DNA of 64,000 nt from an uncultured Candidatus Saccharibacteria bacterium (GTDB lineage: Bacteria > Patescibacteriota > Minisyncoccia > Phycocordibacterales > PALSA-1337): positions 6,004 to 70,003 of the forward strand of contig CAYOTK010000002.1 in the NCBI GenBank assembly GCA_964406895.1. Direction: 5' to 3'. The translations under genes and the position numbers were made by a program. Shown piece after piece: positions 19,207 to 29,041 of the stretch; position 1 is the stretch's first letter; every line of letters begins with the position of its first letter. Below the pieces are notes generated by a model, which did not search any database, was not told the DNA's origin, and worked only from the letters and a program-made list of their open reading frames with translations.

Positions 19207-20492
19207 TAGACAAAAAATTAAAATTCAATATGCCTGTGTTGACGTATTTTTATAGTCCTGTAATGGAGGCAGCAAAGATCAAATATAAAAACGAATATAT
19301 TGTAGGAAAATGGTTTGTTCGATGTTCAAAAAATAAAGGATTTACTGGTGCTCTAGCCTTTGATAGCACATTTCTTGAACCGGGAAGAAGGTTTTTGAAT
19401 TTGCTCGACACTGATTTTGAGTTTGGTGATTATCTATATAACTGTTGCAAACAAGTTTCTCAAACAGCAGATAAACTTCAAACTATTTATATTAGCGATT
19501 TAACAAATAATAAAATCTCAAATTTAGATCTTTTTTATCCAGATTATAAGAAGGTATTTTCATTAGCGGTTGGATTTGGTTATTCCCTAGATTTTGCATT
19601 TGACGAATATATTAAAAAAAATAATATTAACCCATCAAATCTAGAGTCGGTTGGACTGTCATTCCAAAATCTAGAAAAAAATGAATTAAGAAAGATATTT
19701 CTTGAAAAAGATCAGGCGGAATTTGATAACAAAATGCGAGAACACATATTAAAATATTCGTGGCTTTTAAATAATTATGCTGGTGAACATTTGATTACAA
19801 AGGATTATTTTTTGAATAGAAAATCAGAGGTTTTAAATCATTCCTTTGTGGAAGATATAACAAAAAACTCTCAACCAAAAAATATCACTGAATGGATATC
19901 TTTCTTAACTTACGTGCGAGATGAAAGAAAGAGACTCAATCTTATAGCCACAGGACTCCTTGATCGATATTTGAAAAACGAATGTAGTAAATTGAATATT
20001 TCTAGAGACACTGCTGTTCTTTTAACAGTAGAAGAATTTGAAAAATTTAAAGAAAACATCAGTTTGATCCCTGAACGATTAGAAAGATTCATTAAGATCA
20101 CGCATGAGGGCTTGATAGATGTTTCTAGAAAAGAATGGGATGAAGCTTTCAAAGAAGAACTTATAACGTCAAGTGAAATTAGAGGTCAGATTGCTTCTAA
20201 GGGCACAGCTACAGGAAAAGTAAAAATTATTATTAATCGAGAGGATTTCGATAAATTACAAAATGGAGAAATTATTGTTGCTTCAATGACAAGACCAGAA
20301 TTTGCTCCTATTTTGAATAGATGTTCTGCTATAATAACAGACGAAGGAGGTGTCACTTGCCATGCAGCGATTGTAGCCAGGGAATTAAATATTCCTTGTA
20401 TTATTGGAACTCAAATAGCTACTGAGGTTTTGAAAGACGGCGATATGGTAGAAGTGGATGCGGATAAGGGTATTGTTAAGGTTATTATATAA
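19203..20492 (+). CDS. swivel-domain paralog (central domain + PEP-utilizing His domain)
   Basis: TDEGGVTCHAAIVARELNIPCIIGTQIATEVLKDGDMVEVDADKGIVKVII. Confidence 0.65.
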   Translation: MIDKKLKFNMPVLTYFYSPVMEAAKIKYKNEYIVGKWFVRCSKNKGFTGALAFDSTFLEPGRRFLNLLDTDFEFGDYLYNCCKQVSQTADKLQTIYISDLTNNKISNLDLFYPDYKKVFSLAVGFGYSLDFAFDEYIKKNNINPSNLESVGLSFQNLEKNELRKIFLEKDQAEFDNKMREHILKYSWLLNNYAGEHLITKDYFLNRKSEVLNHSFVEDITKNSQPKNITEWISFLTYVRDERKRLNLIATGLLDRYLKNECSKLNISRDTAVLLTVEEFEKFKENISLIPERLERFIKITHEGLIDVSRKEWDEAFKEELITSSEIRGQIASKGTATGKVKIIINREDFDKLQNGEIIVASMTRPEFAPILNRCSAIITDEGGVTCHAAIVARELNIPCIIGTQIATEVLKDGDMVEVDADKGIVKVII

Positions 20493-20500
20493 TTTATTTT

Positions 20501-21532
20501 ATGTGGAAAAAACTTGTAACAAGAGAATCGACATTCATTGAACGAACATTAAGGTTTGATGGATATTATGAGTTTCTGCCAAATCCATTTACCGTAAAAC
20601 AAAAGGATTTGTTGGCTATTTATAAGAATGGAATGACTACCCAATATGTCCAAACTGATGATTTTGAATCAAAGCTTGATTTTTTAAAACATGACTTGCA
20701 TGAAATCGGTTTTGAAAAAATAATAAATAAATGGGACTATATTTTTTATCAACTGGATGAGGTCTCACAAAAGCTAGCTAAGTCAGGTTTAATTGCTGAT
20801 TTGATAAGTTTCGGAAAATACTATAAACAATCTCGTGCAATTATTCTTTACGCATTTAATCTGGCTAAATTATTGAAAGGAGAGAATGAAAAAGATTCAA
20901 GGATAGATATATTGCAAAAGTACTATGATGAAGCCGAGGTTAAAAGTAGTAGATCTTGGTTAAAGATTCACCCTTTTGTTGAAAACATAAAGCATAAAAT
21001 GGCAGTTGGTGATGAAATTTATTCATATTCATTTGAGGAATTTTGTAATTTTTTATCAACTGGTGTAAAGATTGATAAAAAGATTCTTCGTGAACGAGAG
21101 GAATTATCAGTTATTTTAATTGATAATTATAAATATAATATTTACTTTGGAAGTGAGGCAGTAAAGATAATTAATACATTAAATATTGAGGATGACATTA
21201 TTACAGCTGGGGCTGAAATTAGTGGTACGGTTGTCTATAAAGGAAAAGTTTGTGGACGCGCAGTTATTATAAAATCAAAAGAAGATTATAAAAATATTCA
21301 AGACGGAGATGTATTGATTACTACAATGACTGATCCGTCAATGGTCAGTTATTTATCAAAAGTCGTCGCCATAGTTACGGATGAAGGCGGAATATTATGT
21401 CACGCATCTATTATTTCGCGAGAAATGAGAATACCATGTGTTATTGCGACAAGGTATGCTACTAGGGTTTTGAAAGAAGGCGACATGGTAGAGGTTGATG
21501 CGGATAAGGGAGTGGTGAGGATTATTAAGTAA
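20501..21532 (+). CDS. swivel-domain paralog (central domain + PEP-utilizing His domain)
   Basis: TDEGGILCHASIISREMRIPCVIATRYATRVLKEGDMVEVDADKGVVRIIK. Confidence 0.65.
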   Translation: MWKKLVTRESTFIERTLRFDGYYEFLPNPFTVKQKDLLAIYKNGMTTQYVQTDDFESKLDFLKHDLHEIGFEKIINKWDYIFYQLDEVSQKLAKSGLIADLISFGKYYKQSRAIILYAFNLAKLLKGENEKDSRIDILQKYYDEAEVKSSRSWLKIHPFVENIKHKMAVGDEIYSYSFEEFCNFLSTGVKIDKKILREREELSVILIDNYKYNIYFGSEAVKIINTLNIEDDIITAGAEISGTVVYKGKVCGRAVIIKSKEDYKNIQDGDVLITTMTDPSMVSYLSKVVAIVTDEGGILCHASIISREMRIPCVIATRYATRVLKEGDMVEVDADKGVVRIIK

Positions 21533-21547
21533 TATAGTTTAATTATT

Positions 21548-22426
21548 ATGACTATTGAAACACAAGAAGTTTTTGAAAGAAAAGAAAAAGGTAGTAATGT
21601 CGAAGTTCTTGTTAGATTTATGCGACATGGCGAACGCGATAAGGTGGGTAATCTTATAGATCTCGGTAGACAAATAACAAGACAACAAGCCGCAAATGAT
21701 GCAGAAAACATGGACAATGATTTTGATGCAGTCAAGGCTATTGGATCAGATGCTGGACCGAAAGGATCAACAAATATGGAAAGAGCCTTAGAGACAGCAC
21801 ATATTTATGCACAAGAAATAGCTGGTGACGATGCATTTAAAACACGAGTTAACTCTGTGTTGAGTTATGAGACATTAAAAAATCCCGTTCCTTATAACCA
21901 CGTTGAGATATACAATGCGAATTTACCGGCTAATTTCGAGTCTTTAAGAGGAGATGAATATGTACAGGCCGCAAAAAGGGCACAAAGTGCAGTTATAAAT
22001 CATTTGCTATCTCTCAACACTCCTGAGGCAAAAGTTTTTATAGATGAAGTCGCTGGAGCGTTCGCTCTTGTCATAGAACATTATATAGAGGTTGCAAAAA
22101 GGATAAATTCTGAATCAAAAGTACTAATACCCGCTGGTACTCATGGTGGTCTCATGGAGCTTTTGTTAAAAGAGGCTTTGGTCAGAGTTGATGGGGAAGG
22201 TAATAAAATTGTTGGTTTTAAAAATATTGATGAAATAGGTGGCGAATTCAATCCTTCAGAATCGTATGATGTTGATATTAGAACTGATGAGAAAGGCGAT
22301 ATTCTTCCTTTGAAAGTCTATTTTACTTCTCAATCTAGACCAAAAGGAGATATGTTTCTGGATTTAGACAAATTACACGCACTCAGTGAGTATTACAGGA
22401 GTATACATAAAGATGAAATCAGATAA
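21548..22426 (+). CDS. histidine phosphatase superfamily protein (phosphoglycerate-mutase-like) embedded in the swivel-domain array
   Basis: N-terminal RHGE-type motif VRFMRHGERDKVGNLIDLG. Confidence 0.5.
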   Translation: MTIETQEVFERKEKGSNVEVLVRFMRHGERDKVGNLIDLGRQITRQQAANDAENMDNDFDAVKAIGSDAGPKGSTNMERALETAHIYAQEIAGDDAFKTRVNSVLSYETLKNPVPYNHVEIYNANLPANFESLRGDEYVQAAKRAQSAVINHLLSLNTPEAKVFIDEVAGAFALVIEHYIEVAKRINSESKVLIPAGTHGGLMELLLKEALVRVDGEGNKIVGFKNIDEIGGEFNPSESYDVDIRTDEKGDILPLKVYFTSQSRPKGDMFLDLDKLHALSEYYRSIHKDEIR

Positions 22427-23831
22427 AATAAAACCAAATTGGCTAAAAGTCGTCTCATTTAAGACCGAGCTTCTTTCTGAATATTTGATTCATAAGGGGT
22501 ATAGGGAAGATCTGCCAAAATTATTACCCCGAATCGGTTTGTTGAGAAATCGTATGATTATCGACAACGATATTTATGTGGACTTGAATGAGGTTAATGA
22601 AGTATCAAAAATTTTATCTAAAGATTTAATTTCTTATGCTGACGAAGCCTATTCTGCTATTGAGGCGCAGTCTACAAAATTACTTATTATTTCCAATAAG
22701 ATTAGAAAGAGTGATATTTTTTCATTTTCCAATCAAGATTTAATAGATTATTTGAAAGATTTTTTCGCTGAGTACAAATGTGCTCTTGGTGCAATTGGAA
22801 TTCCAACCATTATTGATCTGACTATAGAACCGAAAATAAAAGAATATTTAAGAACTTCCGAAATTAAAAATGTCGACGAAGCTTTTGGTGTGCTTGCTAT
22901 TTCAGAAAGAACCATAGCAACAAATCAAGAATCTATGGATCTTATTGATATTGCAATTGAAAAGAGTAGCGATAGAGATTTTGTAAATTGCGTAGAAAAA
23001 CACAATCAAAAATATGGCTGGTTGCACTCGACATTGTTTTTGGGTGATGAGTATACAGAGTCAAAAATAGTCGATGAAATAAACAGTATTGGCAATCCCA
23101 TTATAGAAAAAGAACATATTATTGGTGAACGCAGAAGACAAATTGCTGAAACAGAAAATATGATTGAGCGCATATCGTCTGAAGAGGGAAAATCTCTCGC
23201 AAGATTCTTTCAGAAGGCGGTATATTTTCGAACTGCACGGCTCGAATGGCTGAATCAGGCCTGTTTTGCAATGCGTCCAGTAATGAACGAGATTGCTTCT
23301 AGACTAAAAATCAACTTTGATGACCTTATTTATCTTTATCCGGAGGAAATATATAAATTACTATCTCAGCCATCTTTATTAAATAAGGAGGTTATAAATG
23401 AGCGTAAAAAAGGTTATGCTTTTATCTCAGATGATAGTCATGAATATGCTCTGTTCACCGGACAGCATCTCATGGAATGGAAAGAAAAATTTTCAGTTAA
23501 AATAGACATGGGCGTAATCAAAGGGACCGTTGCATGCAAGGGCAAAGTAAGGGGTCGCGTTGTTCTGATGAAAGATCGCTCAGAATTAAGTAAGATTCAT
23601 TTTGGAGATATTATGGTTACACCACTGACTACACCTGATTTTGTTGTTGCAATGAAGAAATCAAGTGCAATTGTTACAGATCTTGGAGGAATGACTTCTC
23701 ATGCCGCTATTGTTTCTCGTGAATTGGGAATTCCTTGTATTGTGGGAACGAAGAATGCAACAAGAATTTTGAAAGACGGTGACATGGTAGAAGTAGATGC
23801 GAATAACGGAGTCGTAAATATTCTTAAATAA
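22413..23831 (+). CDS. swivel-domain paralog (central domain + PEP-utilizing His domain); ORF track start is 22386, Met at ~22413 is more likely
   Basis: ...ERKKGY... TDLGGMTSHAAIVSRELGIPCIVGTKNATRILKDGDMVEVDANNGVVNILK. Confidence 0.65.
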   Translation: MKSDKIKPNWLKVVSFKTELLSEYLIHKGYREDLPKLLPRIGLLRNRMIIDNDIYVDLNEVNEVSKILSKDLISYADEAYSAIEAQSTKLLIISNKIRKSDIFSFSNQDLIDYLKDFFAEYKCALGAIGIPTIIDLTIEPKIKEYLRTSEIKNVDEAFGVLAISERTIATNQESMDLIDIAIEKSSDRDFVNCVEKHNQKYGWLHSTLFLGDEYTESKIVDEINSIGNPIIEKEHIIGERRRQIAETENMIERISSEEGKSLARFFQKAVYFRTARLEWLNQACFAMRPVMNEIASRLKINFDDLIYLYPEEIYKLLSQPSLLNKEVINERKKGYAFISDDSHEYALFTGQHLMEWKEKFSVKIDMGVIKGTVACKGKVRGRVVLMKDRSELSKIHFGDIMVTPLTTPDFVVAMKKSSAIVTDLGGMTSHAAIVSRELGIPCIVGTKNATRILKDGDMVEVDANNGVVNILK

Positions 23832-23832
23832 A

Positions 23833-24519
23833 ATGAAAAAAGTACTTATAACAGGTGGTAGTGATGGACTTGGAAAAATGCTGGCGAAGATTCTTGTTTC
23901 GAGCAAGAAGTACAAAGTTATTATTCTTTCTAGGGATGAAAAGAATACAAAGCAAGTTGCAAAACAGATTGGTTGTGATTATGTTGTTGCTGATGTTGCT
24001 GATTATTCACAGGTCAAATCTGCTATTTCTAAAGTCATGAATAAGCACGAATCTATCGATTGTCTCGTAAATAATGCCGGGGTTTGGATTCAGGGCCCAT
24101 TGGAATCAAATGATCCAAAAGAAATTGAAAAAGTTATGAGAATAAATTCAATTGGAGTAATAAATATAACGCACGCAGTTCTTCCTTTCATGAAAAAAAT
24201 AAAGTCTGGAAGAATTATTAATGTAATATCGCAGGCTGGTCTATATGGAAAATCAGAGCGTAGTGTTTATACTGCTTCAAAGTTTGCCATAACTGGACTT
24301 ACAAAGGCAATGGATTTGGAGCTCTCACCCTTCGGTATTTCTGTGGTTGGTTTTTATCCAGGTGCTATGAAGACTGACTTTTTTGCAAAAGTTAAAATTA
24401 ATAAAGATATGTCCGGTTATATGGATATAAAAGACGTGGCGAATGCGCTTAAGTTTATCATTGAAATTCCTGAAGGTTTGACAGTGCCAGAATTTGGATT
24501 GAGGTCATTGAAACAGTAG
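23833..24519 (+). CDS. short-chain dehydrogenase/reductase (SDR)
   Basis: NAD(P)-binding ITGGSDGLGK, catalytic YTASK (YxxxK). Confidence 0.7.
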   Translation: MKKVLITGGSDGLGKMLAKILVSSKKYKVIILSRDEKNTKQVAKQIGCDYVVADVADYSQVKSAISKVMNKHESIDCLVNNAGVWIQGPLESNDPKEIEKVMRINSIGVINITHAVLPFMKKIKSGRIINVISQAGLYGKSERSVYTASKFAITGLTKAMDLELSPFGISVVGFYPGAMKTDFFAKVKINKDMSGYMDIKDVANALKFIIEIPEGLTVPEFGLRSLKQ

Positions 24520-24715
24520 GGCGGTAATATTTTATTTGTTTTTGGATTTTGAGTAATAATTTTGAAAGGTAAAAAAGAGAATTTATAATATAAAAAGAAA
24601 AGGGTGCCTTAGGTAGTTAACCGTTTGGACCCCTTTTCGTCTGAATGTCTATATGTTAGCAGATTAAGATTAATTGTCAACATTACCATTTTTAACTATG
24701 CTATAATACCCCTCC

Positions 24716-25531
24716 ATGTCCACCTCACCCAACGACCACACCATAACAGTTTCAAACTTATCCAAAACCTTCAATGGCACATTCGTAGCCGTGAATGATG
24801 TCAGTTTCGAAGTGCCCAGTGGTTCGACTTTTGCATTCTTGGGACCAAACGGAGCGGGCAAGACGACGACGATCAAGATGCTCACTACACTTCTCCAGCC
24901 AAGTTCAGGCACAATATCTGTGAATGGTTATGATCCAGTCAAACACCCATCAGAAGTCAGAAGGTCATTTGGTATAGTTTTCCAAGATCCATCACTCGAT
25001 GATGAACTCACCGCTTATGAAAATATGTTTTTGCATGCCGGTTTGTATGGTGTCCCGAGAAATGAAACGAAAGAATCGATTGAGAAACTCTTGAATTTCG
25101 TCGAGCTTTGGGATCGCAAAGATAGTTTGGTAAAAACTTTTTCCGGAGGAATGAAAAGGCGTTTGGAAATAGCGCGTGGATTACTACATACGCCGGCGGT
25201 TTTATTCTTAGACGAGCCGACAGTAGGACTCGATCCACAGACTCGCAATCATATCTGGCAGTACATAAAGAAATTGAACAAAGAGAGAGGACTAACGGTT
25301 TTCTTCACGACACATTATATGGACGAAGTAGAGCGTGTGGCAGATAGGGTCGCTATAATCGATCATGGTAAGCTCATCGCAAATGATACCGTGCAAAATA
25401 TTATAAGCAAGGCAAATGCTACGACTCTAGAAGAAGCATTCATCAAACTCACTGGCCATGAAATGCGCAATGAAGAGGCGAGTGCAGTCGATAGTATGAG
25501 GCAGATGCGCAAGGTTTGGGGTAGAAGATAA
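24716..25531 (+). CDS. ABC transporter ATP-binding protein (ABC-2 type)
   Basis: Walker A GPNGAGKTTT, signature FSGGMKRRLEIA, Walker B LFLDEPTVGLD; extended -10 tgctataat at ~24694. Confidence 0.8.
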   Translation: MSTSPNDHTITVSNLSKTFNGTFVAVNDVSFEVPSGSTFAFLGPNGAGKTTTIKMLTTLLQPSSGTISVNGYDPVKHPSEVRRSFGIVFQDPSLDDELTAYENMFLHAGLYGVPRNETKESIEKLLNFVELWDRKDSLVKTFSGGMKRRLEIARGLLHTPAVLFLDEPTVGLDPQTRNHIWQYIKKLNKERGLTVFFTTHYMDEVERVADRVAIIDHGKLIANDTVQNIISKANATTLEEAFIKLTGHEMRNEEASAVDSMRQMRKVWGRR

Positions 25532-25535
25532 AAAC

Positions 25536-26294
25536 ATGCAAACAAATACATTTTATGCAATTTACATATTGTGGCTACGACAGATAAAGCGCTATTTCCG
25601 CTCCAAGTCGAGAATAATAGGCTCCCTCGGTCAACCAATACTTTTCCTTGTGGCGCTCGGCTTCGGTCTCAATTCTGTTTTCAAAGCTTCAGGCGAAGGC
25701 AACTATATACAATTCCTTTCCCCAGGAATAATTGCTATGAGCATTTTATTCACGGCAATTTTTTCTGGAATAGAAATCATTTGGGATAGGCAATTTGGTT
25801 TCCTGAAGGAGACTCTGGTCGCGCCTGTTTCTAGATTTACAATTATGTTTGGTCGTACGCTCGGTGGTGCAACGGTTGCATCATTCCAAGGAATTCTTGT
25901 TCTCATTATTTCTGTTTTGATTGGCTTCAGACCAGAATTGTCTCTCGTTATTCCTGCCATTATATTCATGGTTCTTATTGCTTTCGTCTTTACCGCTCTT
26001 GGTACCGCTATCGCTTCTATCCTAGAAGACATGCAAGGTTTCCAACTCATCATGAACTTCGTAGTCATGCCTGTTTTCTTCCTTTCCGGCTCGCTCTTTC
26101 CGCTCGACACAGCGCCGTCAGTGCTCAAATGGATAGCGACTTTCAATCCTCTGACTTATGGTGTTGATGGTCTGCGTTCTGCTCTCATAGGTGTTTCGCA
26201 TTTCAGTGCGTGGACTGATTTTGCCGTTCTCATAATAGTTGCAACACTATTCGTTAGTATCGGGGCGTGGTTGTTTTCGAAGATTAAGGTGTGA
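25536..26294 (+). CDS. ABC-2 family transporter permease
   Basis: ~6 predicted TM helices; immediately downstream of the ATPase. Confidence 0.65.
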   Translation: MQTNTFYAIYILWLRQIKRYFRSKSRIIGSLGQPILFLVALGFGLNSVFKASGEGNYIQFLSPGIIAMSILFTAIFSGIEIIWDRQFGFLKETLVAPVSRFTIMFGRTLGGATVASFQGILVLIISVLIGFRPELSLVIPAIIFMVLIAFVFTALGTAIASILEDMQGFQLIMNFVVMPVFFLSGSLFPLDTAPSVLKWIATFNPLTYGVDGLRSALIGVSHFSAWTDFAVLIIVATLFVSIGAWLFSKIKV

Positions 26295-26295
26295 T

Positions 26296-26332
26296 TTATT
26301 ATCGAGGTCGGACCTTTTAGAGGTCCGACCTC
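26296..26332 (+). terminator. perfect 12-bp stem hairpin (cgaggtcggacc ... ggtccgacctcg) after the ABC permease; probable terminator
   Basis: Inverted repeat read directly; the GGTCCGACC motif recurs twice more at 26392..26420. Confidence 0.45.
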
Positions 26333-26429
26333 GTATGATACTTTGACATCACAGTCCGTTGTGATATTATTATTTCTTATTATTCTAATATAGGTCCGAC
26401 CTTTTGAAGGTCCGACTTCTAACTAAAAA

Positions 26430-28259
26430 ATGCAAAAAAAGGAAAATAAAGGTTCTGAGGCAAAGAACCTCCGTAATTTTTTTAATTTATTTGTGAATAT
26501 TTATAGAATATTCATGATGGCATTTCGATTTATGCCGTGGCATACCGTAGGCATGATATTGCTTACAATTGTAATTGGTGCAACTCCAATATTTGCTTTC
26601 AAGGCAATGGGTTCACTTATCGATACAATAATCGCAGGAGCAAAAAGTGGAATTCTTGGTGCTGTGTGGGTATCACTTCTCGTTTATGCTGTGCTTAATA
26701 TCTTGCCTGCGCTAGCTTCAAATACTAGAAGATTTGTTGAGAGAGTTTGGTATATGCGCTTGCAAGATTATTTTGATCTTATGACTTTGAAAAAAAGGGG
26801 TAGTTTTGATATCGCTCAATTTGAGGATACAAAATTTTTGGACTTTATGCAGAGAGCATTCAATCAAAGTTACTACCCATTGTTAAATATCCTGGATGGT
26901 TCAATAGACTTAATGCAATACGTAGTGGGTATTCTTGTTGGTTCTGTTGCTGCCTTTGTCATCGATTGGCAAGTATTCGTGCTAGTAATAGTTACAGCAA
27001 TACCAACTTTTGTTATAGAGGTTAAGTATGGTACTCAGATATGGCATCTTTTTTACAAGAATAGTCCTGAACAAAGAAGGAGTCAGGATTTGAGAAGATT
27101 TTTCTCAACAGGAAATAAATATTCAGTTATAGATGGCAAACTTTATCAAGTCGGTGAGAAATTTTTGAAAATCATAAAAAAGATTCAAGAAGACTTTACA
27201 AACTCGCAACTGAAAACTGAAAATAGAAAAACCGCATATTCCATAATTGCCACAATAATTGCTGGAGTCGGTCTCTTCGTAGGTACAGCAATGATAATAA
27301 AGAGCGCAATTGCAGGAGTGATCGCTATCGGTACTGTTGTTTATGCATTTCAGACACTCTCAAGAGTTAGTGGACAAGCACAACAATTGTTAAATCAAAT
27401 TGCAAAAATGATGGAAAGAAATCTTTACGTCACCGACATATTCAAGGTAATAGATATGAAACCATCATTAGTTAGACCAAAAAATCCCAAGAAGCTCAAT
27501 CTTGAAATCGCTCCTCATATAGTTTTTGAAAATGTATCATTCAAATATCCGAGTCAAGATAAGTATGCTCTCAAAAATGTTTCCTTGGAAATTAAATCAG
27601 GTGAGAAATTGGGTCTAGTTGGAAATAACGGTTCTGGCAAATCAACTATTGTTAGATTGCTTCTTAGGATTCATGACCCGAATGAAGGGCGAATACTCAT
27701 AAATGGTACTGATTTGCGAGAATTGGATCTCAACGAATGGTGGAGTTATTTGGGCGTTTTGCTTCAAGATTTCATCACTTACAATTTCAGTGTCAAAGAA
27801 TCAGTTGCAGTTGGTAGAAGTGATAAAAACATAGATATGGATACAGTCGAGAAGGCAACCAAGCAAAGTACGTCTAATTCATTCGTGGATAAACTAGAAA
27901 AGAAATATGATCATATGATAGGCGTGGAATTCGGCGGTATAGAACCATCGAAAGGTCAGAGACAGAAACTAGCAATCGCGCGCGCTTTGTATCGCACACC
28001 TCATCTGCTCATACTTGATGAACCGACCGCATCGATTGATTCTGAGTCTGCCTCTATCATATTCAATGAAATAGAATCTTTACCAGAGAATACTTCGGCC
28101 ATTTTGATATCGCACAATTTTGCCACAATCAAGAGAGCTTCGAAGATAATTGTTTTGGAGAATGGTTCAATCAGGGAACATGGAACACATGAAGAACTGG
28201 TCAATAAGAATGGTGTTTATGCCGAAGCCTTCAATAAGCAAAAGAAGGAGTTTGAGTAA
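26430..28259 (+). CDS. ABC exporter, fused transmembrane + ATPase (type I exporter, MsbA/bacteriocin-exporter-like)
   Basis: N-terminal TM domain; Walker A GNNGSGKSTIV, signature-like KGQRQKLAIARAL, Walker B LILDEPTASID. Confidence 0.75.
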   Translation: MQKKENKGSEAKNLRNFFNLFVNIYRIFMMAFRFMPWHTVGMILLTIVIGATPIFAFKAMGSLIDTIIAGAKSGILGAVWVSLLVYAVLNILPALASNTRRFVERVWYMRLQDYFDLMTLKKRGSFDIAQFEDTKFLDFMQRAFNQSYYPLLNILDGSIDLMQYVVGILVGSVAAFVIDWQVFVLVIVTAIPTFVIEVKYGTQIWHLFYKNSPEQRRSQDLRRFFSTGNKYSVIDGKLYQVGEKFLKIIKKIQEDFTNSQLKTENRKTAYSIIATIIAGVGLFVGTAMIIKSAIAGVIAIGTVVYAFQTLSRVSGQAQQLLNQIAKMMERNLYVTDIFKVIDMKPSLVRPKNPKKLNLEIAPHIVFENVSFKYPSQDKYALKNVSLEIKSGEKLGLVGNNGSGKSTIVRLLLRIHDPNEGRILINGTDLRELDLNEWWSYLGVLLQDFITYNFSVKESVAVGRSDKNIDMDTVEKATKQSTSNSFVDKLEKKYDHMIGVEFGGIEPSKGQRQKLAIARALYRTPHLLILDEPTASIDSESASIIFNEIESLPENTSAILISHNFATIKRASKIIVLENGSIREHGTHEELVNKNGVYAEAFNKQKKEFE

Positions 28260-28285
28260 AACATTTCTCGGGGTATAATAAGGAC

Positions 28286-29023
28286 ATGTCTACAAACAAT
28301 TTTTGGTCACGAGTACCAGCACATTCTATTATTTCTGGTGCAGTTATTATTAGTGCCCTTATATGGGGAATGTTTTATTATCAGTCCGCCAAACTTTCTT
28401 CAGGCAGAGATGTATTGTCTGTTACCGGTTCGGCCAAAACAAAAGTTACTTCAGATGTAGCCAAGCTCACGCTTTCTACTATCCATGTCACATATGGCAG
28501 ATCTCTCGCTACAGGCAATCAGGCAGTTTCTCGTGACGTTGAACTCATAAAATCTCTGGTGAAGAGCAAGGGATTCAAGGATACTGATATGACTATTACA
28601 CCTGTCTATATGGATCAAGTCTATGAGTCCAATCAACCAGTCGATCCAAAATACAATTTGAGACAAACTATTATCATCCAATCATCTGACATTCAAAAAA
28701 TCACTGATATATCAAAAGCCGTTCCTACTCTTTCTTCTCAGGGCGCTATAGTGTCAGTTCAATCCTTGGAATATTATTATTCCAAATTACCAGAATTGAG
28801 AGTCAAACTTCTTTCTTCTGCAATCAAAGATGCTGAAGCTAGAGCAAAAAGTATAGTCGAAAGTACCGGTCGAAAGGTCGGCAGTATTCGTTCGGCTTCG
28901 AGTGGTGTTGTCCAGGTCCTACCAGTAAATTCAGTAGAAATATCAGATTATGGTTCGTATGATACTTCGTATGTCGACAAGGATGTTATGGTTACAGTCA
29001 AGGCTACATTTGGTCTAAAATAA
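28286..29023 (+). CDS. SIMPL/DUF541-like secreted or periplasmic protein
   Basis: N-terminal TM/signal then ~220-aa domain whose size and pattern resemble SIMPL (26-kDa periplasmic immunogenic protein) family. Confidence 0.35.
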   Translation: MSTNNFWSRVPAHSIISGAVIISALIWGMFYYQSAKLSSGRDVLSVTGSAKTKVTSDVAKLTLSTIHVTYGRSLATGNQAVSRDVELIKSLVKSKGFKDTDMTITPVYMDQVYESNQPVDPKYNLRQTIIIQSSDIQKITDISKAVPTLSSQGAIVSVQSLEYYYSKLPELRVKLLSSAIKDAEARAKSIVESTGRKVGSIRSASSGVVQVLPVNSVEISDYGSYDTSYVDKDVMVTVKATFGLK

Positions 29024-29041
29024 AAAATTTATATAAGCATT

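Noticed and set aside
24530-24660. Possible hairpin aaaagggtgcc...ggaccccttt after the SDR gene as a terminator
   Set aside because: The arms are only partially complementary when written out, so the call is too weak to report as a feature.
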